Positions 13,201 through 20,000 of a stretch of DNA of 20,000 bases are shown piece by piece. The first letter of the stretch is position 1. Each line of letters starts with the position of its first letter. The DNA is from Xylographa opegraphella (lineage: Eukaryota). Under the pieces are notes generated by a model, which searched no databases, was not told where the DNA came from, and saw only the letters and a program-made list of their open reading frames with translations. Where the stretch lies: NCBI GenBank assembly GCA_022813865.1, contig JALDZX010000081.1, positions 47,084 to 67,083 on the forward strand. Direction: 5' to 3'. The position numbers were made by a program, and so were the translations under genes.

Positions 13201-13848
13201 ATCATCAAGGACCTCCAGTCGCGAGGCGAAATTGTTGCAATGGTCGGCGATGGCATCAACGACTCGCCAGCTCTAGTCACTGCTGACATAGGCATCGCCC
13301 TCTCATCCGGTACCGACGTTGCCATGGAGGCCGCCGACATCGTCATCATGCGGCCCGAAGACTTGCTGAACGTACCTGCCGGCCTGAGCCTCGCGCGCTC
13401 CATCTTCAACCGCATCAAGCTCAACCTTGGCTGGGCATGTCTGTACAATCTCATCGGCTTGCCCTTCGCCATGGGTCTTGGCCTCGCACTTCCGGGAGGC
13501 TTCATGCTCCCGCCCATGGCCGCCGGCGCTGCGATGGCGACCAGCAGCGTGAGCGTGGTGATGAGCAGTCTCTTGCTGAAGTTCTGGAAGCGGCCGAAGT
13601 GGATGACGAAGGAGCGGCTGGAAGGTGCAGCCGACGTTGGGAAACTCGCACGAGTGGATGGATCGAGTGCTCTGGACGACCAAGAGCAAGGAGGAATGAG
13701 CGCGGCGCGAGTAGAGGGCTCGAGTCCGTTCCGCGGGCTGGCTAGCAGGGTGAGGGGGATGCTGCGCCGGGGCCAAGAGGGTGGAGGGGCCTATGTGCCG
13801 CTGGTCGACGTGCAGAGCGCGCGGTCGGAGACTTTCGCGGATGTGTGA
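10261..13848 (+). CDS. CCC2: Copper-transporting P1B-type ATPase (Ccc2/CtpA/YgA-like), 1195 aa, intronless
   Basis: First ATG is at 10261 (the track start at 10228 is a TTG). Three HMA domains with GMTCGAC and a fourth Cys-less HMA-like segment; TGE actuator, CPC in the membrane, DKTGT phosphorylation site, SEHP, TGD, GDGINDSP, and YN...MATSS Cu(I)-type membrane ligands. Confidence 0.97.
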   Translation: MSPQNPLTAHVATTTLRVEGMTCGACTSAVESAFKGVDGAGEVSVSLVMERVVIHHDPQLLSADQVKEIIEDRGFDAEVLSTDIIPEPINDLTDESLHESDEDGSLEPQISTTTLSVEGMTCGACTSAVEGGFKDVPGIMSVSVSLLSERAVVEHDALVITPAAIAQIIEDRGFDAKVLETKTLESRTSQAMKQRRKEKAPNTVTTTTVSVEGMTCGACTSAVESGFKDLAGLLQFNISLLAERAVVVHDITKLAPDQIVEIIEDRGFDAKVLSSNAGGTEFSTTSAAVQLKLFGLRDAASATTLQTSLSQLLGVKSCTINYATARANVSYNPTVLGLRALVEAIETLGLNALVAESEDNSAQLESLAKTREIQEWRRNFWRALSFAIPVFLINMVIPLYTPALDFGCFVLIPGLYLGDVVCLLLTIPVQFGIGWRFYISAYKSIKHKSPTMDVLVVLGTSAAFFFSLAAMTVSIISSTHTKPSTVFDTSTMLITFITLGRYLENRAKGQTSKALSRLMSLAPSMATIYADPIAAVKAAESWESSIVPEKKESHDIGATNNAAEERVIPTELIELGDVVILRPGDKIPADGTVTRGQSHVDESMVTGEAMPIMKSKGSLLMAGTVNGAGRLDFKVTRAGKDTQLSQIVKLVQEAQTSRAPIQRIADKVAGYFVPIIIALGVFTFTTWMILSHALSYPPKVFLQPESGGRLMVCVKLCISVIVFACPCALGLSTPTAVMVGTGVGALNGILVKGGAALETATKITHVVFDKTGTLTIGKMSVSENRLEGTWGNSEWRRRLWWTLIGLAEMGSEHPIGKAIVNAAKEELGIGSDGMIDGSIGDFRAVVGQGISAVVEPTSSAQRERYHVHIGNASYLQSQGITLPVNITPSRKNSSLTLNGVSFAGATQIYTAINSTFSGSLSLSDTLKPTARATILALSRMGMSSSLVTGDQLPTATHIAALVGIATPNVHAGVSPDQKQAIIKDLQSRGEIVAMVGDGINDSPALVTADIGIALSSGTDVAMEAADIVIMRPEDLLNVPAGLSLARSIFNRIKLNLGWACLYNLIGLPFAMGLGLALPGGFMLPPMAAGAAMATSSVSVVMSSLLLKFWKRPKWMTKERLEGAADVGKLARVDGSSALDDQEQGGMSAARVEGSSPFRGLASRVRGMLRRGQEGGGAYVPLVDVQSARSETFADV

Positions 13849-14327
13849 GGCGTGGGCGTTTGGGGGTATTTGAAAAAGGATTGGCATGTGTATGCCTACG
13901 GGAGTTTTCTTCTTTCCTTTGGCGATTATATATTAGCTTTTCGATGAATAATTAAACGACGTTTTACGATCAGGAAGTTTGCGTGTCGGAAGGTGGTATG
14001 CTTGGCTACAGTGTGCACGTGAGTCTGAGCTCTGCGTTTCGTCTGATACCTCGGCCGAGCTGTCCTGTCTAAGAGGCCTACACAGCGAGGATAACGTAAC
14101 GTTACACGCGGCGACAGCAGAAAGCTGGAGAGACCAGAGACAGCACTTTCGCGAAGATGAATACTTTCAAGGCCCATTCTGCCTTCAAATAATTTGTTCT
14201 TACGGAGTGCATGTCTCCACCTCAAGCGATAACCACCGCACTATCCTTCTTACAACGGTCCTCCGCTCAATGCCTCCTCCCTTCCCTTTTCCTTTTCAAT
14301 CACTGCTTTCCACCCTCCTCCGCACTC

Positions 14328-14621
14328 TTAGATCCTTCGCCTGCTTCGCTCCTCTTCCCTCCTAGCTCCTCCGCCTCTTCCTCCTCTCTCTCTTCCGCAC
14401 CATGCCCCCTTCGTCCTCCAAGCTCCGACTCTCCCCAATCCTTCAGGTAGAACATTACTAAGATCAGTGTACCACTTCAGTGTACCCAGGTAACGAAGGG
14501 GATGGGAGCCTCTGCGAGGAGTAGCTGAGTTGAGGAAAGAGAATTGGGAGACGTGGGGGGGAAAGGGGCTCTTATGTATTGGAGAAAACGTTGCATAGAG
14601 TTCGCGGTCGCTGGTGAACAT
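14328..14621 (-). CDS. Candidate small orphan protein (97 aa) or gene relic
   Basis: ATG in good context (ccagccATG) after a C-rich leader. The sense strand runs C-rich then G-rich, like the GCN5 and CCC2 coding strands. Low-complexity R/G/E tail; no recognisable domain. Confidence 0.25.
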   Translation of the reverse strand: MFTSDRELYATFSPIHKSPFPPHVSQFSFLNSATPRRGSHPLRYLGTLKWYTDLSNVLPEGLGRVGAWRTKGAWCGRERGGRGGGARREEERSRRRI

Positions 14622-15073
14622 GGCTGGGGGAGGTGAGGCGGAATCGTGGACACGGTTTTGGTTGATAATAGCTTGTGGCTATCAAGCCCTGCGCTATTGG
14701 TGTAACATGCGTGTCCCTCGGATTCCGTTTCCGAATAGAGTTCGGGTTGACGACTTGAAACCGAGTAATATCATTCAGGTCAGACGAAATGCTCAGATGA
14801 TCCGCTGAAGTGGCTTCTTTGGTCTTCACTTTAAGATTTACGAGCGAAGGAAGGTTGACCGAGATCGAGGATGATGAACGACCTTGTTCGTTCGCTGCCC
14901 AACAAGTCCTTCCCTTGTTCATATATTTTCCTTTCTTAGTAGATCGTCAACCTACCGACAATTTTGCTCAGACACCTGTTCGCGTTCAGTATCGAGATTA
15001 TAAGTAAGTAGAAGCCCGTTCTTGGGCGAATCAGCAATGCCAGCCAGACTGACAATAAGCACGTTTGTTCAAT

Positions 15074-17689
15074 TTAGTCAATGTACCACGCCTGAGATGC
15101 GTCGTATCCCTGCGCAACATAGTCGTGCCAAAAAAAGTCAAGAACGAGACCCGCGAGGCAGGCCATGTCAGTCGTTTTCAGAGACAGATTCATCGCCGCT
15201 GTTACATCCCGGTCCCGAAGTTTCTCCTCGGTCAACGCTTTGACAAAGCTCTTCATATCCTTAACGGCGGCTTCCATTTCCTTGCTGTTCTGTTGGTCTT
15301 GGCGCTGCAATTCATCCATTCTCCTCGTCGGTAGGATTGATCGTGCTGCGGTCGCAATCTGCTCTACCGTGTCGAAGACTAGAGTCATACTGGTATCGAG
15401 ACGCCATAGAAGGACTAGTACGGGCCGGTGTATCTGGCAGATACCACTTGATAGGGTCTTAATCCGCCCCATCAATGCCTCGGCGGTTTTGTCCTTCGCT
15501 GAGTTCATCACCTGCAATATTCCGCAGGGTCCTGAGTCAACAAGCTCGTGGACTGTGCCGTAGACAGTATTCTTGCTATTCGACATCTGCAACGGTATAT
15601 CTCTATTGTACGGTCTCACAGAAAACCCATAACGTTCGGCGGATTCTCCATCCCGGAAGGTCATGAGCGGAAAATTCGTATTAACGAGTCCCAAGGATTG
15701 CCAAGGATTCTGTAGTAGACCATCATCCCAGTGCCTATTGCTGATTATGTAGCCTGAGCACTTGACAAGGAGCCCATTTTTATCGGGCTGTCCTAGAACT
15801 GGATCACTCCAGTAGACAATTCTCTGCCCGCCCCGATATGCGACGCCTTCATCGAGAAGTGTCTTTGGAGCCCATCGGAATCCCTCTGTTTCCAACCTCG
15901 TGTAGCCTAAGGTGAGTATACTCTGAGGTATTCCGCCATACTTCTTGGCGATGAGCTCCCATAGCTTGCACATCCTAGCCTCGTGTTCTGCAGGCACTGC
16001 TACAATCTCCCTGAGATTGAGGTCTAAAAGCGTAGTTATGCACAATGCTTCATCTGCTGGAACGCTCACAGCACGGCGCGATAATGCATAATCCAGTGTC
16101 AAAAGTTCTTGCCCGATCTTGGGATTTGCCGGATCCTCGGGGTTATATATTCCAAGCCACTGAAACTGGTTGACAAGATCGTGATAGATAATCATTGCTC
16201 TGACATCTTCATAACCTTCGAGGAAAAGTCCGTTCTTTAAAACAGCGAAGTCCTCGGCTTGGTCATGGAATTGGAACCACAGACTTTTGGCCAGGACGCC
16301 CTCTTGCGAAGTCCACAGTCTTGATGTCCAGCTCGAAGAAAACACGCGCAACAGCACCTCATGAAAGCTCGTCGTTTCCAGCGTGATTGTTTGCAAAGTA
16401 GCATCGAGGACAAGAACGAGAGCTGCGTTGCTGTATGTTTCCCGTAATTGAAGGATAGAAGTACTTTTCGCCTGGGACTCCTCACTCGGGCAGCATAACG
16501 TATCGATCCAGATGAGAGACTCCTCAAGTTCTACATGACTATTCGCTGCAAATGAGCTACAGTCCTCCTTCAGTGATGATCCTAAATTTCTTGATGCAAA
16601 AGCCTTTGATTGCAAAGCCACGGCTACCTTTCTAAGGTTCACAAGTTGACATATAGGTAAAGAGTTTGATAAGGGATTTCCCAGGCCGTCCACCCAAACA
16701 TGTGAGAAAGCAATATACTTTGTGTCGGTAGTGGACCTGATGGCTTGCACTCGCAACGACGGTCCATCTTCTGTGATCTTAATTAATGGCAAACCACCTT
16801 CATTTAAAATGTGCCGAACGGTAATAGCCAGATCGGCATCATTATAATCGAGGCACGAACACTGTTGATCCCTATGCTTAGTAACGTAAGTGCGAGGTTT
16901 TGTTTGGTTCCATTGGCAGAATCGTGTATTGCACTGATCGTGAACTTTGTGAGGTTCTGGTTTCTTGATTCTGCTGAGGAAGTAACGACTTTGTAATGAT
17001 GAAAATTTATTTGTGATTGCATAAAGTTCACTAGGACACCACCCAGCTCTTCTCATCTCGATCACCACGTCCTCATTTGGAAATAGATACTCCGGTGGTT
17101 GCACAGCCTTCTGTTCAAGCTTCAAATCCTGCATATCAAACGCAAAATTAGCGGCAGAAGCAACCAGTTGACCTAAGGAAGCAATTGCGAGCCGAATCCT
17201 CCAGTCGAATCGTCTTTCCGTTGAGTGCAGTCTTGGTATTTTGATCGAGCCCAGAACAGTCGTCACAATCGACATACATTTATTAGTATATAACTGAGCT
17301 GTTGCGCTCACGGCTCTTGCAAAGGGTCGCAAGGTCCAAATCTGTTGCAGCCGCGGCATCAGACCGCCAGTAGTAATGAATCTTTTGCCTGCCTTCTCGG
17401 AAACAAAATCTTCGGCTCTGAATGCCGTTTGAAGAACGACTTTGAGTAAGCCGAAGAACAGCCATTGTTGATAGAAAGATTCTAGTTCTCCGATAGGCGT
17501 CGGCTCATAGCCCTCGTGTGCATCAATCTGTTCACGAAGGTCCTTTCCATCTTTGCAGACTAGCCATGGCTTCGCGTGCCTCAAAGGATACAGGATAAAG
17601 TCCTGACCATCATAATAAGGCGGCTCGCAAACACAGGGCACTGGAAGTTCTGCTGAGGTTGGATCTTTAGGCAATAGCAGATGTTCCAT
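15074..17689 (-). CDS. HET-domain (heterokaryon-incompatibility family, PF06985-like) protein, 871 aa, intronless
   Basis: Uninterrupted ORF with HET core motifs YIAFSHVWVDGLGN, LPICQL, IWIDTLCCP, RETYSNAALVLVLD and SSWTSRLWTSQEG, then RRAVSVPADEALCITTLL and GFRWAP. The N-terminal QQWLFFGLL and GWCP motifs are typical of this subfamily. Confidence 0.9.
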   Translation of the reverse strand: MEHLLLPKDPTSAELPVPCVCEPPYYDGQDFILYPLRHAKPWLVCKDGKDLREQIDAHEGYEPTPIGELESFYQQWLFFGLLKVVLQTAFRAEDFVSEKAGKRFITTGGLMPRLQQIWTLRPFARAVSATAQLYTNKCMSIVTTVLGSIKIPRLHSTERRFDWRIRLAIASLGQLVASAANFAFDMQDLKLEQKAVQPPEYLFPNEDVVIEMRRAGWCPSELYAITNKFSSLQSRYFLSRIKKPEPHKVHDQCNTRFCQWNQTKPRTYVTKHRDQQCSCLDYNDADLAITVRHILNEGGLPLIKITEDGPSLRVQAIRSTTDTKYIAFSHVWVDGLGNPLSNSLPICQLVNLRKVAVALQSKAFASRNLGSSLKEDCSSFAANSHVELEESLIWIDTLCCPSEESQAKSTSILQLRETYSNAALVLVLDATLQTITLETTSFHEVLLRVFSSSWTSRLWTSQEGVLAKSLWFQFHDQAEDFAVLKNGLFLEGYEDVRAMIIYHDLVNQFQWLGIYNPEDPANPKIGQELLTLDYALSRRAVSVPADEALCITTLLDLNLREIVAVPAEHEARMCKLWELIAKKYGGIPQSILTLGYTRLETEGFRWAPKTLLDEGVAYRGGQRIVYWSDPVLGQPDKNGLLVKCSGYIISNRHWDDGLLQNPWQSLGLVNTNFPLMTFRDGESAERYGFSVRPYNRDIPLQMSNSKNTVYGTVHELVDSGPCGILQVMNSAKDKTAEALMGRIKTLSSGICQIHRPVLVLLWRLDTSMTLVFDTVEQIATAARSILPTRRMDELQRQDQQNSKEMEAAVKDMKSFVKALTEEKLRDRDVTAAMNLSLKTTDMACLAGLVLDFFWHDYVAQGYDASQAWYID

Positions 17690-18096
17690 AACTCAGGAGC
17701 CGAAATGGGTCTCTAATCGCCAAAGAGGAAACGTCTACTGACAACATGAATTGTGTCATCTTCGTGCTGGCCACAATGAGAAGGTAGTTTTTGAATGTAG
17801 TAGAAGGAGGATAAAGAGGGAGTTGAAATCAGACCGATGAAGCTGCGATCTTGGTCTATCCTGTAAGCCTCTCTAGGCCTGTTATAACTTCACTCACTTC
17901 GTAGACTCTCGATTACGCAGGGCTACTGCCCTGGTGTGAGGCGAGAGCGCGGAATGACTGCATAACGCTCTGCAGGCGCGGCTTAGTTGAGCAACCACAT
18001 CTACCACCTGTCATACCGTCTCCTGACGGTCGGGAGCTGCAAAACCTTGACGCTGAATCGTGATTCCTGTGAACAACCCTAGTCTGCCTTTTCATA

Positions 18097-20000
18097 GGAG
18101 TTTTCCCGGGGTTATGCACGGCCCGCTCTTAGTGCACACCCCTCATCCGAAACCCTAACCTCTTATTATATGGATATCTTAATGAAAATGAAGCCAATTG
18201 AAGCCGCTCTTGCTGATTTAGCATTGCAAGAGGTCTCTAATTACAGTGCTACAGACAAAAAATACAATGTAGTGCGTACGACTCTGGCACGACGTCATAA
18301 GGGCAAAACAGCCGAAAGAGGGGTCCGGCCAAAAAATAATCAATTGCTCAATCAGGAACAGCTTCGGGGCCTCGTTCGATATATTAACGATTTGTCCGCT
18401 CGCGGCTTACCCCCTACCAATGCAATGGTGCGTACATTTGCGTATGATATTAGTGGAAAATGGCCAGGCAAAAACTGGGTTTACAGCTTCGTCAGCTCCG
18501 CCGGAAACAAGCTTTCATCAGGCTTTTTAGCTAGAGCCGAAATGAGCCGAAATAAAGCGGACAATATATATCAATATAAGCTTTATTTCAAGCTAGTTTG
18601 TAACCCTAATGTGTATATAAACTATGCTAATAAAAGGTAGATTGAACAAAAAATAATGCAGTATGAAATTCGCCCCTATAATGTTTATAATATGGACGAA
18701 AAGGGGTTTCTCATCGGCGTTCTGCAGAAGACTAAGCGAGTCTTTAATATAGATTACCGCCGCAGCGGCAAATTGATCGGGGCGGGCATGGATGGGAACC
18801 GAGAATGGATTACCCTAATAGGGTCTATTTGTAAGGACGGCTCCTACCCACCCCCCGCAATCATCTATCAGGCCGATTCCGGAAACCTTCAGGACACCTG
18901 GCTTGATGCATTCGACCCTAAAGAGCATATTTGCTTCTTTAGTTCGTCTCACACCGGCTGGACCAATGAAGGAACTGGGCTTCTCGTGGCTTACCAAGGT
19001 TTTTGACCGATTTACCAAGGAAAAAGCTCGATTCGGACGAGAATACAGGCTTCTATTTGTTGACGGACATAACAGTCACGTTAATATGAAGTTCCTGAAC
19101 TGGTGTAATCAGCATCGAATTCTAGTAGCGGTATATCCGGCGCATTCGACTCACCGCCTGCAACCCCTGGATGTAGGGCTATTTAGCCCCTTGGCCAATT
19201 ATTACTCCCAAAATGTTAGCAATTGGATGCACAAGACCCAGGGCTTATCCAGACTGACCAAAAGAGACTTCTTCGAGCTGTTTTGGGCCGCATTTTTGAC
19301 TGCATTCACCCCTAAGAATATTCTTAGCGGGTGGGAGAAGACGGGTCTACAACCCCTAAATTCGACCCGCGTTCTGGATCAGATCAAGCTTCCGGAACGA
19401 CCAAACTCCGCCTCAAGCACTTCCGGATCTTCTGCGCTGTCCAATACTGACTGGCGGAAGGTCCGGAAGCTGATACGGGAGGTAGTAGGGGAGGTAATGG
19501 CTCCGGAGGCGCGGAAGACCACAAATACGATCGATCGACTAACTACCGAAAATACCATTCTTCAGGCCAAAGTCGCGGACCTCCGAGAGACCGTGCGTCT
19601 CGAAAAGAACAAAAGAAGACGCGGAAAGCCTCTTTTCGATGATTTAGGGGTTGAAAATAATGGTGGCGCCATGTTTTTTAGCCCTAGCAAAATTCAGCGC
19701 GCGCGAGACCGTCAGAAAGAGAAGGAAGAAGAACGAGACCTTGTGCAGGCTCAAAAGATAGAAGCTAAGCGCCAGAAACAGCTTGCGAAAGAGGAAAGAG
19801 AACTGCTTACAGCGCAGAGGAAGGCAGGCCGCGAGGAACAGCGCCTACAGCGGCTCAAAGAGAAGGCGCAAAAACAGGCCATCCAGGCGAAGGCTCAAGA
19901 GCAACGGATAGTGGACCGACAGCTACGTTTAACAGCTGAGGAGGAGAAAAGGCAGGAAAAGAAGCGCCGACAGGTATCAAAACAAAAAGAAGTGGTTGAG
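18097..20000 (+). mobile_element. pogo/Fot1-type (Tc1/mariner superfamily) DNA transposon, right end beyond window
   Basis: Contains a DD35D transposase. Candidate left end is after the TA at 18095-18096, followed by two imperfect direct repeats (cccggggttatgcac 18105-18119 and cccgctcttagtgcac 18122-18137) resembling TIR transposase-binding sites. The exact boundary cannot be verified without the right TIR. Confidence 0.88.
18188..20000 (+). pseudogene. Frameshifted pogo/Fot1 transposase (HTH_psq + CENP-B-type HTH + DDE_1 domain + charged coiled-coil tail)
   Basis: MKPIEAALADL...KYNVVRTTLARRHKG, LVRYINDLSARGLPPT, PGKNWV. An intron at 18596-18640 (GTTTGT..GCTAAT..TAG) joins YFKL|IEQKIMQYEIRPYNVYNMDEKGF (D1). 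One extra base near 18971 breaks GWTNE|ELGFSWL; the shifted frame continues LLFVDGHNSH (D2), HRLQPLDVGLF (D3, 35 residues later), FFSPSKIQ and stays open to 20000. Confidence 0.9.

Noticed and set aside
10326..13887. Multiple antisense or alternative-frame ORFs within CCC2 (e.g. 13303-13887, 194 aa)
   Set aside because: Shadows of a long, GC-rich coding sequence; no recognisable domains.
18141..18609. Telomere-like AACCCTAA words at 18142 and 18602
   Set aside because: Only 1-1.5 units each, not arrays.

Overview
Fungal (filamentous ascomycete-type) genomic DNA with short GT-AG introns of 45-89 nt. The left 14 kb is a block of conserved housekeeping genes: RAX1/rgsB (RGS protein, runs off the left edge), the 9-1-1 clamp subunit RAD1 (S. 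cerevisiae RAD17), GCN5, COP9 subunit CSN7 and the copper P1B-ATPase CCC2/ctpA. Between GCN5 and CSN7 lies about 2.9 kb with a degenerate higher-order tandem repeat, a possible decayed gene and a 13-bp minisatellite spanning an assembly gap. The right 6 kb looks accessory: a possible small orphan ORF, an intact intronless 871-aa HET-domain gene and a pogo/Fot1-type DD35D DNA transposon that runs off the right edge. The transposase has a 45-nt in-frame intron whose 3' splice site is also its only stop codon, plus a 1-bp frameshift. I see no clearly new biological system. The best leads are the splicing-dependent transposase switch, the apparently conserved but reshuffled RAX1-GCN5-CSN7-CCC2 cluster, the Cys/His module of the HET protein, and the unexplained repeat array at about 6.0-6.45 kb. 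All family assignments come from motif recognition by eye, not database searches.
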